Shown here one piece after another: positions 28,841 to 36,832 of a DNA stretch of 64,000 bases. The stretch spans positions 11,974 to 75,973 of the forward strand of contig JASLOA010000007.1 in NCBI GenBank assembly GCA_030745755.1, given 5' to 3'. Source of the stretch: Kiritimatiellia bacterium. GTDB taxonomy: Bacteria > Verrucomicrobiota > Kiritimatiellia > UBA8416 > JABMPJ01. The stretch's first letter is position 1; each line of letters opens with the position of its first letter. A model generated the notes under the pieces. It saw only the letters and a program-made list of their open reading frames with translations. It was not told the origin of the DNA and searched no databases. Position numbers and translations under genes: made by a program.

Positions 28841-29003
28841 GACTTACGAAAAGACAGGGGTAAGTCTTGGCGTCATGACCAATCCCGAGAGTAGACAGAG
28901 GTGGGGAACCAAACCCATAGAGATCGGCTAACAACACCTTGCACACCTACAAAATGGGCCGCGCGGACGCGTCCCATGTTGAGGGTGAAGGCGGGCGTTG
29001 GCC
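28841..29003 (+). other. attI region (putative crossover G|TTGGCC at 28997/28998)
   Basis: Lies between the intI start and the first cassette. Contains GGCTAAC (28926) and GTTGGCC (28997) core-like sites and a GGACGCGTCC palindrome. Exact architecture is unresolved. Confidence 0.5.
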
Positions 29004-29018
29004 CGGAGAACAATAGCC

Positions 29019-29048
29019 TTGCGCAGTCTTTACGGTATGACGTATTAT
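29019..29048 (+). promoter_or_regulatory. cassette promoter TTGCGC-18-TATTAT upstream of the first mazEF-like cassette
   Basis: Hexamers at 29019-29024 and 29043-29048. RBS GGAGGTG at 29055, ATG at 29066. Confidence 0.45.
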
Positions 29049-29065
29049 CATACTGGAGGTGATAA

Positions 29066-29308
29066 ATGAGCACAGCGAAAATCGCAATCACAATGGAAGA
29101 GAGTCTGGTCTCACAGGTGGACCGACTTGTCTCGTCACACATCTACCCCAGCCGCAGTCGAGCCATTCAAGAAGCAGTGGCCGACAAGCTACACCGCTTG
29201 GATCGTCGCCGCTTGGCGCGCGAATGCGCCAAGCTCGACCCACAGTTTGAACAAGCGATGTCGGAAGAGGGAATGGGTTTGGAGGTAGAGGCATGGCCAG
29301 AGTACTGA
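29066..29308 (+). CDS. CopG/RHH-type antitoxin (MazE/PemI-like)
   Basis: 80 aa. N-terminal ribbon-helix-helix region [18 protein letters not shown]. Overlaps the toxin gene. Confidence 0.7.
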   Translation: MSTAKIAITMEESLVSQVDRLVSSHIYPSRSRAIQEAVADKLHRLDRRRLARECAKLDPQFEQAMSEEGMGLEVEAWPEY

Positions 29309-29655
29309 GGGGAGATATCTTCTGGGCTGACCTCAATCCAACCAGGGGACATGAGCAAGCGGGGCTGCGCCCAGTGCTCATTCTCAGCGAAGATGTATTT
29401 AACAACCGTTCTGGGACGGTCATAGCCATTGCTCTGACAAGTCAACCGCAGCGTGCGGGCTTCCCGCTGACACTTGAACTGTCGAGTCCAAGACTCCCCA
29501 AACGCTCATGGGCAAAGATCAGCCAGGTCCGCACGTTGTCGGTCCAGCGTCTCGGGAAGAAGATTGGGAAAGCGTCCTCTGATGAACTCGACCACATCAT
29601 TGAAGGACTCAATGAGCTGATCGGGGGCCAACAAAGCCCTCGACCATACCGTTGA
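29293..29655 (+). CDS. mazF: MazF/PemK-family endoribonuclease toxin
   Basis: [27 protein letters not shown]... is the typical MazF/PemK N-terminus. Confidence 0.8.
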   Translation: MARVLRGDIFWADLNPTRGHEQAGLRPVLILSEDVFNNRSGTVIAIALTSQPQRAGFPLTLELSSPRLPKRSWAKISQVRTLSVQRLGKKIGKASSDELDHIIEGLNELIGGQQSPRPYR

Positions 29656-29704
29656 CAGCCGCTCAGAAGCGGCTGTCAACGTCTGGTCAGGGCACGCGTT
29701 GTGC
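29651..29704 (+). other. attC-like / terminator hairpin region (unresolved) ending G|TTGTGC
   Basis: Perfect 12-bp stem GTTGACAGCCGC-tcagaa-GCGGCTGTCAAC, then CAGGGCAC-gcgtt-GTGCCTG. Core sites are present (TGTCAAC, GTTGTGC) but the canonical R''/L''/L'/R' layout is unclear. Confidence 0.35.
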
Positions 29705-29717
29705 CTGAGATAATGAG

Positions 29718-29996
29718 ATGAACAGACAATCCAATCAGGAATTCATCGTAGCTGGAGTAGCTGGCGTCACCGGCATATTCATTTTGGCTATGTCGTGGTC
29801 TGAGTTCAAGACAGTGGCAGAGGATCACCCCACCATCAGTGTCTTCACTTTGGGCCTGACTCTCCTCTTTATGGGGGCAGCGAATCTTTCAACAGGACTC
29901 AAGAGGCGGCTTTGGCTTAAACAGATGAAGACACTGGGGAGCACAACAACCGAATCCACCTTATCACCTGAAGGCGCGCCTTCAGATGAAAGGTGA
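29718..29996 (+). CDS. small membrane protein (2 TM), hypothetical
   Basis: 92 aa with two hydrophobic helices. Confidence 0.45.
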   Translation: MNRQSNQEFIVAGVAGVTGIFILAMSWSEFKTVAEDHPTISVFTLGLTLLFMGAANLSTGLKRRLWLKQMKTLGSTTTESTLSPEGAPSDER

Positions 29997-30010
29997 TTCC
30001 CACGTTAGCC
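29941..30010 (+). other. attC site (R'' GCACAAC ... R' GTTAGCC)
   Basis: Internal palindromes ATCACC/GGTGAT and TGAAGGCGCGCCTTCA. Overlaps the end of the upstream ORF. Confidence 0.5.
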
Positions 30011-30021
30011 ATACGAGGAAG

Positions 30022-30819
30022 ATGAAGAACTGTTTGAAGGCATGCCTCACTTGGTTGATGAACCGCCGGCCGCGGTTCTATCTCGGTGCTTACGTCGTCG
30101 TCATCCTTGCATTTGCACTCGCGTTCAGCCTTCTTAAGCGTCAGTTCTACCACCCGTATTTCAGGCACGAGGCGTCCTTCCAAGAAGCCACATGCGAACT
30201 CAGAGACAAGTTGACCCCTGCGTTTCAGCACGCTCTTTCTGAGCGCGCCGAAATGCTTCGCGACAAGAAGGTCTACCCAGAGAAGACATGGTTGCGCGAC
30301 TTCCGTGTCGGTGAAGACGCCGTCCACTTCTCAATCCTAGTCGAGATCAGGGAGAGCGATGAGGGTTTCGGGAAACGTCGCTGGATTCCGTGCCGGCTGA
30401 CTCCGGATTTTGCCTTCGATTACAGATACAAGGAGCTCACGGCTGACCATGTCATTCACCTCTCCCCGGAACTTGATTTTGTCCGGAACCCTTCGGATTC
30501 CGGCCCGTGGAGCAGATCCGAGCTGGACCCGATCCTTCGCCTTATGTTGAACCGGATTGAGGTTGACGGAAGAACGGTAGCGGAAATGCAATCACTCTTT
30601 GCTGCCGACAAAGGCATCCCTTCCGGCATTCGGGGTAGTTTCCCCCGAATGCTTTACCTCAGTGTTGTCACGATTACTACGCTTGGCTATGGCGACATCA
30701 TCCCTGTTGGCAATTGGGCACGATTCTTGGTCGGTTGTGAATCTGTTCTTGGTGTGATCCTGCTCGGATTCTTTGTTAGCAGTGTCTGGTCAAGGAGCCG
30801 AAAGAAGGAAAATGGCTAA
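30022..30819 (+). CDS. K+-channel-like pore protein (TTLGYGD selectivity-filter motif)
   Basis: N-terminal TM, a ~150-aa domain, then a pore helix, the filter VVTITTLGYGDIIP and a final TM (ARFLVGCESVLGVILLGFFV). Confidence 0.6.
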   Translation: MKNCLKACLTWLMNRRPRFYLGAYVVVILAFALAFSLLKRQFYHPYFRHEASFQEATCELRDKLTPAFQHALSERAEMLRDKKVYPEKTWLRDFRVGEDAVHFSILVEIRESDEGFGKRRWIPCRLTPDFAFDYRYKELTADHVIHLSPELDFVRNPSDSGPWSRSELDPILRLMLNRIEVDGRTVAEMQSLFAADKGIPSGIRGSFPRMLYLSVVTITTLGYGDIIPVGNWARFLVGCESVLGVILLGFFVSSVWSRSRKKENG

Positions 30820-30877
30820 CCAGAGCCTGGAGGATATCGTCGCTAACCGCGCCGAATCCTCAGGCTGATCGTTGGAA
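30814..30877 (+). other. attC site (R'' GGCTAAC ... R' GTTGGAA)
   Basis: L boxes CAGAGCCTGGAGG / CCTCAGGCTG, with an extrahelical base. Confidence 0.6.
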
Positions 30878-30888
30878 CTGAGAGAAGA

Positions 30889-31113
30889 ATGGAAACACCA
30901 AATCAGATTGCACACGGTCTCGGCGCGTTCCTGATTGCTATTCTCGTCACCGGCTTTGTGGCAAACGTCTTCGTGACTAACATTCCCGCACATGCCGAAC
31001 GGTTCGCCACCGGAGGCATTGGTCTCGGTGTGTTTGTCATCGTGTGGTGGATTTCATACGCCATCAGCATCCGGGCAGCCAGAAGGCGCAGCCGATCGAA
31101 GTCAGCGGAATGA
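30889..31113 (+). CDS. small membrane protein (2 TM), hypothetical
   Basis: 74 aa, two TM helices, basic C-terminus. Confidence 0.4.
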   Translation: METPNQIAHGLGAFLIAILVTGFVANVFVTNIPAHAERFATGGIGLGVFVIVWWISYAISIRAARRRSRSKSAE

Positions 31114-31122
31114 ACACAGGAG

Positions 31123-31197
31123 TTCCAACATCATGCTGCTCACGTATTTCCAATAGCCGCAAGCGGCCATTGGAAAACGGAGAGCCAAGCGTTGGGT
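31123..31197 (+). other. attC site, family B (R'' TTCCAAC ... R' GTTGGGT)
   Basis: gctGctc/gagagc L boxes with an extrahelical G. Central hairpin ttccaatagccgc-aag-cggccattggaa. Confidence 0.7.
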
Positions 31198-31207
31198 TTG
31201 AAGAGGA

Positions 31208-31579
31208 ATGGAAACGCAGACAGAAGTGAAACCTGAATCAGTCAGGCGAGCGTTCCGCGCAGCAACGCTGATCAGGCGTAGTGGGGTGCCTGTTGCCGTA
31301 GTCACACTCCTCCTTGCCGCCATTGGTTTTGCCGTCCATGCTGCCCTTGGGATGCTCGTCATTGTCATCTGTCTGCTCTGCATGGTCTGTGTCTTTGTGG
31401 TTCTTTCAGTGCAAGCCAAATGCCCGCAGTGCAAGACTAGATGGTGGGACAACACCTTCGTTGCAGCCACAACGGGCAGACGCCTTCGCGCGGCAATCGA
31501 CCCTGACTGCACGGGGAACGAGACAGTGGAATTGAAGTGCCGTCACTGTCGTCTGGAAATTGCACCGTACTTGAAATGA
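31208..31579 (+). CDS. membrane protein with C-terminal zinc ribbon (CPQC...CRHC), hypothetical
   Basis: 123 aa, two TM helices, then CxxC...CxxC. Confidence 0.45.
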   Translation: METQTEVKPESVRRAFRAATLIRRSGVPVAVVTLLLAAIGFAVHAALGMLVIVICLLCMVCVFVVLSVQAKCPQCKTRWWDNTFVAATTGRRLRAAIDPDCTGNETVELKCRHCRLEIAPYLK

Positions 31580-31583
31580 GGAA

Positions 31584-31654
31584 ATCCAACCAGATGCCTG
31601 GACCATATTGCTGAAAGCTGCGCTTTCACCAAATGGTCAGGCACGACGTTGGTT
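31584..31654 (+). other. attC site (R'' ATCCAAC ... R' GTTGGTT)
   Basis: gcctgGaccat/aatggtcaggc L boxes with an extrahelical G. Confidence 0.6.
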
Positions 31655-31658
31655 GCAG

Positions 31659-32015
31659 ATGATGAGAACCAGATTGACAGTCATTGTGTTGTTCCTCGGC
31701 CTGACGTCAGGGTGCATAAGCATCCCCGGTCGGTCGCGCTGCGTCTTGGCCGATTTCAAGCGCGCGCCCACGCATGACCGATCCAGTCTCGCAGAGCCTG
31801 TCATTGCAGAACTGCGTACCCGAATCGGAGTCTCAGCAGCAGAACTTGTCCGCTTGATCGGCGGCACTGACACCAGCACCGTGGATGCAAGGGGCGATGG
31901 CGTGCTGAAGTACACCGTCCTCCACAAGAATGACAATTGGCACAGCTTCGCTGTAACCATCCGAGACGGGAAGGTTGCCGAAATCAGTGACGTGGAGTAC
32001 GTAATACAGATGTAG
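31659..32015 (+). CDS. lipoprotein (signal peptide plus LTSGC lipobox), hypothetical
   Basis: MMRTRLTVIVLFLGLTSGC... Starts 5 nt after the attC. Confidence 0.5.
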   Translation: MMRTRLTVIVLFLGLTSGCISIPGRSRCVLADFKRAPTHDRSSLAEPVIAELRTRIGVSAAELVRLIGGTDTSTVDARGDGVLKYTVLHKNDNWHSFAVTIRDGKVAEISDVEYVIQM

Positions 32016-32016
32016 C

Positions 32017-32091
32017 AACCAACATCATGCTGCTCACGTATTTCCAAAGGCCGCGGGCGGCCTTTGAAAAACGGAGAGCACAGCGTTCGGC
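32017..32091 (+). other. attC site, family B (R'' AACCAAC ... R' GTTCGGC)
   Basis: Near-identical to 31123-31197. Confidence 0.7.
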
Positions 32092-32145
32092 AGATGACAG
32101 AAGCGTGCCTTTGTGCCATAATACACCATCGAAAGGAGAGATGAT

Positions 32146-32394
32146 ATGCCGGTCATAGCACGATTCTATGGAATCCTGATCAAGATGTATTTTCGTGAAC
32201 ATGGTGTTCCACATTTCCATGCCATCTACGCCGAGTTCAATGGCGTGTTTGACGCCACCACGCTGGAAATGATTGAAGGCGACCTTCCTCATCGAGCGCA
32301 GCGTCTTGTGCGCGATTGGGCGGAGCAGTACAAAGAGGACCTACAGCAAATGTGGAAGACGCAGGACTACAAGAAGCTCCCCGGATTGGAGTAG
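32146..32394 (+). CDS. DUF4160-family protein
   Basis: 82 aa, MPVIARFYGILIKMYFREHGVPHFHA... Paired with the downstream DUF2442 gene. Confidence 0.65.
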   Translation: MPVIARFYGILIKMYFREHGVPHFHAIYAEFNGVFDATTLEMIEGDLPHRAQRLVRDWAEQYKEDLQQMWKTQDYKKLPGLE

Positions 32395-32395
32395 C

Positions 32396-32680
32396 ATGAC
32401 AACAACCACAACCTACCCAAGAATTAGAGATGTCAAGCCAAGGCAGGGCAAGAAGCTGCTGGTTACATTTGACAACGGCGATCGGCGGACATATGACTGC
32501 AACCCGCTTCTTCGAAGCGAGGTCTTCCGCCCTCTGCAAGACGAAGCCGTCTTCCGGTGCGCACATGCCGATTCCCACGGCTATGGCGTTATATGGAATG
32601 ACAAGATCGATCTTGCCGAGTCCGAGGTCTGGCTCAACGGACGAATTGCCGAACCAGAGGATGCACTCGACAAACAATAG
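32396..32680 (+). CDS. DUF2442-family protein
   Basis: 94 aa, ...RIRDVKP..GKKLLVTFDNGDRRTYDC... Start is 2 nt after the DUF4160 stop. Confidence 0.65.
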   Translation: MTTTTTYPRIRDVKPRQGKKLLVTFDNGDRRTYDCNPLLRSEVFRPLQDEAVFRCAHADSHGYGVIWNDKIDLAESEVWLNGRIAEPEDALDKQ

Positions 32681-32722
32681 CCGCGCCGCGGCCATTGTTT
32701 GCGAGTGATCCAAACGTTCTGC
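32669..32722 (+). other. attC site (R'' GACAAAC ... R' GTTCTGC)
   Basis: Central palindrome caatagccgcg/ccgcggccattg, related to family B. Confidence 0.55.
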
Positions 32723-32741
32723 GCTAGAAGATGAGAAACTC

Positions 32742-33026
32742 ATGTTTGATGAGCTGCAATACCAGTTTGGGTCCTTCTCCCTTTTCATTCTGACAGGGAT
32801 TCTGGGTGGCATGCTTTACATGCTTACTCCACTCCCATGGATTCCGGCATTCTTCATCGGGTTCTTTCTGGCTAGATGCTGTCTTGGCAGCTTCAGCAGT
32901 GCAGCACGCAACCACAAGGACACTTCTGACTCAGAAGCACCCAAGGAAGGTAGCCGACCCACCAACAAGAAAGATGACGCAACAAATCTCTGGAGGGTAG
33001 CGACTAAAGCCGCACCCTCAGAGTGA
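32742..33026 (+). CDS. small membrane protein, hypothetical
   Basis: 94 aa, two TM helices, charged C-terminal tail. Confidence 0.4.
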   Translation: MFDELQYQFGSFSLFILTGILGGMLYMLTPLPWIPAFFIGFFLARCCLGSFSSAARNHKDTSDSEAPKEGSRPTNKKDDATNLWRVATKAAPSE

Positions 33027-33035
33027 ACGTTAGCC
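32977..33035 (+). other. attC site (R'' ACGCAAC ... R' GTTAGCC)
   Basis: L boxes ctctgGag / ctcagag with an extrahelical G. Confidence 0.6.
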
Positions 33036-33086
33036 GTGAGCAAACAAACCTTGCGCATGTGCGCACAATAGATGTACATTCGTCTC

Positions 33087-33377
33087 ATGAGATACGAGTG
33101 GAATCCCGAGAAGAATGATGCTCTCAAGCGCGAGCGCAACATCTCGTTTGAGCAGATCGTCTTTCATTTGTCGCAAGGCGACGTGTGGAAGACTGCCGAT
33201 CATCCGAATCAGGATCAGTATCCCGGGCAGAAACTGTATTTCGTGAATGTGGAAGGCTATATCCACATTGTCCCCCATGTCGTGGAGGATGAGTATGTGT
33301 TTCTGAAGACGATCATCCCCAGCCGGAAGGCAACACGGGACTTTCAGAAAGAAGGTGAGCAGAATGAAAATGGATAA
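33087..33377 (+). CDS. brnT: BrnT-family (DUF497) toxin
   Basis: MRYEWNPEKNDALKRERNISFEQ... A palindrome CGTCTCATGAGATACG spans the start. Confidence 0.75.
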   Translation: MRYEWNPEKNDALKRERNISFEQIVFHLSQGDVWKTADHPNQDQYPGQKLYFVNVEGYIHIVPHVVEDEYVFLKTIIPSRKATRDFQKEGEQNENG

Positions 33378-33639
33378 AGAAGAGAGAGAGATCCTTGACG
33401 CATACGACAAGGGTAAGCTGAAACTCTCGTCTCCCTCCAAAAAGGAGCGAGACAAGATACAGTCCATGGCAGAGCAGACTTTCCGGAAAGACCGCAGAGT
33501 CACTATTCGTCTCTACGACCATGACCTCAAGGGTGTCCAGAAGAAGGCCATGGAGAAGGGCATGCCCTACCAAACCCTTATCTCGGCCATGATCCACCAA
33601 TATGTCGAAGGCGACCTTGTCGAAAGACAAGTCGGCTAA
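33355..33639 (+). CDS. brnA: BrnA-family antitoxin
   Basis: ...RVTIRLYDHDLKGVQKKAMEKGMPYQTLISAMIHQY, typical of BrnA. Confidence 0.7.
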   Translation: MSRMKMDKEEREILDAYDKGKLKLSSPSKKERDKIQSMAEQTFRKDRRVTIRLYDHDLKGVQKKAMEKGMPYQTLISAMIHQYVEGDLVERQVG

Positions 33640-33691
33640 CAAGCCCGGTCGAGCGTACGGCTAAAGCCGCCGCTCACCGGCACCGTTCGAT
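33634..33691 (+). other. attC site, family A (R'' GGCTAAC ... R' GTTCGAT)
   Basis: Core gagcgtacggctaaagccgccgctc; cccggtCga/tcaccgg L boxes. Confidence 0.65.
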
Positions 33692-33773
33692 TTGAAGAAA
33701 TGAGGAGCGAGACCACGCTTGACGCCCGTAGCCCATACGGGCTATACTCTCTCTAGAAATGGAGGAGAGTGAG

Positions 33774-34037
33774 ATGAACCGAACAGCAACAGTCAGAGCA
33801 AGAGTGGAGCCAAACCTGAAAGCGGACGTCGAAAAGCTGCTTCACCGTCTCGGCGTTACGACTACAGAGGCTATCACCATGTTCTACAGCCAGATACGCC
33901 TTCGCCAGGGACTTCCCTTTTCTGTGGAAATCCCGAACGCGGTAACTCGCAAGACGTTTGAGACCACGGACCGTGGTGAGGATCTCAACACATTTGACAG
34001 TCTTGACGAGATGTTTGAGAAGCTAGACAAATGCTGA
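33774..34037 (+). CDS. dinJ: DinJ/RelB-family antitoxin
   Basis: ATVRARVEPNLKADVEKLLHRLGVTTTEAITMFYSQI. Confidence 0.75.
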   Translation: MNRTATVRARVEPNLKADVEKLLHRLGVTTTEAITMFYSQIRLRQGLPFSVEIPNAVTRKTFETTDRGEDLNTFDSLDEMFEKLDKC

Positions 34038-34303
34038 CGCTGAAAACCACCGGACGATTTCAAAAGGACTACAAGAAATCCGTCCGATCTGGCCGGAACA
34101 TGGCACGGCTCAAGCAAGTCATGACTTGGATAGCCGAGGAGCAAGCCTTGCCGCCAGAACTCCGCGACCATAAGCTGATCGGAAACTACAAGGGGCGGCG
34201 CGAGTGTCACCTCGCCGGTGACTGGCTCCTCATCTACAAGCTCGAAAAGGATACGGTGATCTTTGAGCGTACGGGGTCTCACTCAGAGCTGCTGAAGAAA
34301 TAG
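34031..34303 (+). CDS. yafQ: YafQ-family toxin (RelE superfamily)
   Basis: ...KGRRECHLAGDWLLIYKLEKDTVIFERTGSHSELLKK. Confidence 0.75.
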   Translation: MLTLKTTGRFQKDYKKSVRSGRNMARLKQVMTWIAEEQALPPELRDHKLIGNYKGRRECHLAGDWLLIYKLEKDTVIFERTGSHSELLKK

Positions 34304-34305
34304 AA

Positions 34306-34394
34306 ATCGAACATCCGAATCGAACGCGACTTCGGGTTAGCCGCGCCGCTGCGCTCTGCGCCCAACCCGAAGCGGTTCATTCGAGGCGTTGGCC
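34306..34394 (+). other. attC site, family F (R'' ATCGAAC ... R' GTTGGCC), 89 bp
   Basis: Stem gacttcgggtt/aacccgaagc. Duplicated ATCGAAC at the 5' end. Confidence 0.6.
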
Positions 34395-34407
34395 GATATG
34401 ATTACAG

Positions 34408-34436
34408 TTGACTACATTGCGTCTATTGCATACACT
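34408..34436 (+). promoter_or_regulatory. cassette promoter TTGACT-17-TACACT with overlapping palindrome
   Basis: Hexamers at 34408 and 34431. Palindrome TACACTGTA. RBS GGAGGTG at 34451, ATG at 34463. Confidence 0.5.
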
Positions 34437-34462
34437 GTATTACAAAACGATGGAGGTGAATT

Positions 34463-34681
34463 ATGAGCACAGCTATTTCCGTCCGATTGCCTGATGCAGT
34501 AGCGAAGAAACTCGGACTTGTCGCGAAAGAGACCGAACGGTCCCGCTCTTTCGTCGTGACGAAAGCCGTCGAGACGTATCTGGACGATTTTGCAGACCTG
34601 CAAGTCGCACTCGATCGGCTTCGCGACAATTCAGATCCAGTGGTGTCCAGCAAAGACATGAGGGCATCCCTTGGACTATAG
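34463..34681 (+). CDS. RHH (CopG/ParD-like) antitoxin
   Basis: 72 aa, N-terminal ribbon ISVRLPDAVAKKL. Confidence 0.7.
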   Translation: MSTAISVRLPDAVAKKLGLVAKETERSRSFVVTKAVETYLDDFADLQVALDRLRDNSDPVVSSKDMRASLGL

Positions 34682-34928
34682 GATCGACTACAAGAAATCG
34701 GTCGCGAAGGATCTGAAGCGCATCGGCAAGGCCAATGCGAAGCGGATCATGGACAGGATCGACAAGGATCTTATCCATGATGCCGACCGCTTCCCCTCTC
34801 TCAGTGGCCCGTTTGCAGGCATGCGCAAGTATCGGGTTGGTGACTACCGTGTGATCTTCGTCATCATTGACGACTGCGTTCTCATCCTCAGGATCCAGGA
34901 CAGGAAGGACGTCTACCGCAAGAGATAG
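34671..34928 (+). CDS. RelE/ParE-family toxin
   Basis: 85 aa, ...YRVGDYRVIFVIIDDCVLILRIQDRKDVYR. Confidence 0.7.
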   Translation: MDYRIDYKKSVAKDLKRIGKANAKRIMDRIDKDLIHDADRFPSLSGPFAGMRKYRVGDYRVIFVIIDDCVLILRIQDRKDVYRKR

Positions 34929-34931
34929 ATC

Positions 34932-34989
34932 GGCCAACAAGGCCGATCGAGCGTACGGCTAAAGCCGCCGCTCATCGCCAGCGTTGGCC
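34932..34989 (+). other. attC site, family A (R'' GGCCAAC ... R' GTTGGCC)
   Basis: R''/R' fully complementary. gccgatCgagcg pairs with cgctcatcggc, leaving an extrahelical C. Confidence 0.75.
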
Positions 34990-35020
34990 CCGAGAATAGA
35001 GAATTGACAGCTATACGCCA

Positions 35021-35356
35021 ATGGCGTACGGTATGGATGTGATGGTATTCAAAGAAACAACTGTATTCACCCGGCAGATCGGTAAGCTGATTTCCGATGA
35101 AGCCTATCGTGAGTTCCAGCAGGAGTTGATCTTCAACCCGACCGCTGGTGACCTGATCAAGGGGAGCGGCGGTCTCCGGAAGATACGCTGGCGCTCCGCG
35201 ACAGGAGGCAAGCGTGGCGGAATCAGGGTGATATACTACTGGTATGTGGCTGACAGTGAGATCTTTCTCCTTCTTGCCTACGGCAAGAAAGAGAAGACCG
35301 ACCTATCGGCCAAGGAAGTCAAGATCCTGCGGACCTTGGTTGAGGAGAATATGTGA
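35021..35356 (+). CDS. RelE/ParE-superfamily toxin (HigB-like; toxin gene first)
   Basis: ...GGIRVIYYWYVADSEIFLLLAYGKKEKTDLS... TTGACA at 35004 lies upstream; start may be an internal Met. Confidence 0.65.
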   Translation: MAYGMDVMVFKETTVFTRQIGKLISDEAYREFQQELIFNPTAGDLIKGSGGLRKIRWRSATGGKRGGIRVIYYWYVADSEIFLLLAYGKKEKTDLSAKEVKILRTLVEENM

Positions 35357-35646
35357 TGAAAAAGGAACTGTTTGACGAACTGGTTGAGAGTATTGAGGAA
35401 GCAGGACAGATACGGAAAGGCTTGGCTAAGCCTTCCCGCGTCTTCCGCTATCGCCCCGTGGATATCAAGCGCATCCGTAACCGGCTTCATGTTTCTCAGT
35501 CCCAGTTTTCTCTCATGATTGGCGTCAGTAGATCGACGCTGCAGAACTGGGAACAAGGCCGAAGAGAACCAGAGGGACCGGCAAAAGCCTTGCTGCGCGT
35601 TGTGGACAAGCAACCCCAAGCTGTCCTCGAAGCACTGCAAGCGTGA
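35353..35646 (+). CDS. XRE-family HTH antitoxin (HigA-like)
   Basis: HTH SQSQFSLMIGVSRSTLQNWEQGRREP. Confidence 0.65.
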   Translation: MMKKELFDELVESIEEAGQIRKGLAKPSRVFRYRPVDIKRIRNRLHVSQSQFSLMIGVSRSTLQNWEQGRREPEGPAKALLRVVDKQPQAVLEALQA

Positions 35647-35655
35647 CGTGAAACG

Positions 35656-35714
35656 GGCCAACAAGGCCAGTGGAGCGTACGGCTTTCAGCCGCCGCAGAG
35701 CTTGAACGTTGACC
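35656..35714 (+). other. attC site, family A (R'' GGCCAAC ... R' GTTGACC)
   Basis: gagcgtacggct..agccgccg core with a cagagcttgaac 3' arm. Confidence 0.6.
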
Positions 35715-35760
35715 AAAGAAAGGACTTGCGGCGTGGTGCTATATGTAGTACCGTACAGGC

Positions 35761-36180
35761 ATGAAGAGACATCGAGCCGTCGTGGATACTAACGTGCTGT
35801 ACTCGGGACTCTATTCCCAATCGGGAGCATCGTTCCAGATACTGCGCCTGATCGATCGCGGCAGACTGGTGCCACAGTTATCGACCACCTTATTGTTTGA
35901 ATATGAGGATGTACTGACACGAAACCAACATGAACTAAAACTGTCCGACAGAGCGGTGAACGATGTTCTCGATGGCTTCTGCCTCCGTGGCGAGTGCCGA
36001 AAAGTACATTTTCTGTGGCGTCCACAGCTGTCGGACCCGAAAGATGACCACGTTCTTGAGCTGGCGGTAGCCGCCAGCGGAGTCGACATCGTGACCCACA
36101 ATTTGAGGGATTTTGGCAACGCTTCACCGTTTGGTATACGTATCATAACCCCAGCACAATTACTTGGAGAATTGAAATGA
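35761..36180 (+). CDS. PIN-domain toxin (VapC-like)
   Basis: AVVDTNVLYSG..., acidic PIN residues. Confidence 0.65.
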   Translation: MKRHRAVVDTNVLYSGLYSQSGASFQILRLIDRGRLVPQLSTTLLFEYEDVLTRNQHELKLSDRAVNDVLDGFCLRGECRKVHFLWRPQLSDPKDDHVLELAVAASGVDIVTHNLRDFGNASPFGIRIITPAQLLGELK

Positions 36181-36413
36181 GTGCCCTTAACCTACGGCTA
36201 CCAGATTCCGTCCACCGTCACATCCGGGAGATTGCCCAGCAGGATGGTGTTTCAATTAACCTGTTCATAACCTCAGCGGTGTCTGAGAAGATCTCCGCCC
36301 TTACGACCGAGGACTACATTGCCAATCGTGCAAAGCACGCCCGCAAGGGAGCCTTTGGCAAGGTCCTTGACCGTGTCCCGAAGCGAGAGCCTTTGCCGGG
36401 CGATGAGCTCTGA
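36177..36413 (+). CDS. HicB-like / RHH antitoxin
   Basis: 78 aa, LRLPDSVHRHIREIAQQDGVSINLFITSAV. Confidence 0.6.
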   Translation: MSALNLRLPDSVHRHIREIAQQDGVSINLFITSAVSEKISALTTEDYIANRAKHARKGAFGKVLDRVPKREPLPGDEL

Positions 36414-36419
36414 GAAACT

Positions 36420-36501
36420 GGCCAACAAGCCCATGCAACGCGACTTCGGACCAGCTGCCTTTCAGGCACCTGGTCCGAAGCGGTTGATGATGACGTTATC
36501 C
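36420..36501 (+). other. attC site, family F (R'' GGCCAAC ... R' GTTATCC)
   Basis: Perfect 11-bp stem cttcggaccag/ctggtccgaag, and an inner tgcct/aggca stem. Confidence 0.65.
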
Positions 36502-36592
36502 CTGGAAAAAAGGATATAGCACATCCGACGGGTGTGTGCTATCGTATTCACATAGTAGACAAGCGCACACACCCAGCGATAGGAGTTGAACC

Positions 36593-36832
36593 GTGTCTCA
36601 AACCGTAACACTCAGACTTGACGATACCGTGTATCAAAGATTCAAGGGGTTGGCCCTTCATGACAACCGTCCCCTCTCAAATTTTATTCAGACGGCTGCA
36701 CTTCGCTTTGTCGAAGAACATGAGCTCGTTGATGAATTCGAGATGTCTGAAATCAAAGATAACGCATCCTTGAACCGCAGCCTCAAGAGCGGCTTGCGCG
36801 ATGCGAAGGCAAAGCGAGGACGCTTTGTCTGA
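36593..36832 (+). CDS. RHH (CopG-type) antitoxin
   Basis: GTG start with RBS AGGAGT. VTLRLDDTVYQRFKGLA ribbon. A palindrome lies upstream at about 36520-36550. Confidence 0.65.
   Translation: MSQTVTLRLDDTVYQRFKGLALHDNRPLSNFIQTAALRFVEEHELVDEFEMSEIKDNASLNRSLKSGLRDAKAKRGRFV

Noticed and set aside
28937-28967. Candidate Pc promoter (TTGCAC -35) in attI pointing toward the cassettes
   Set aside because: No acceptable -10 hexamer at 16-19 bp spacing. Pc may lie within intI as in class 1 integrons and cannot be assigned by eye.
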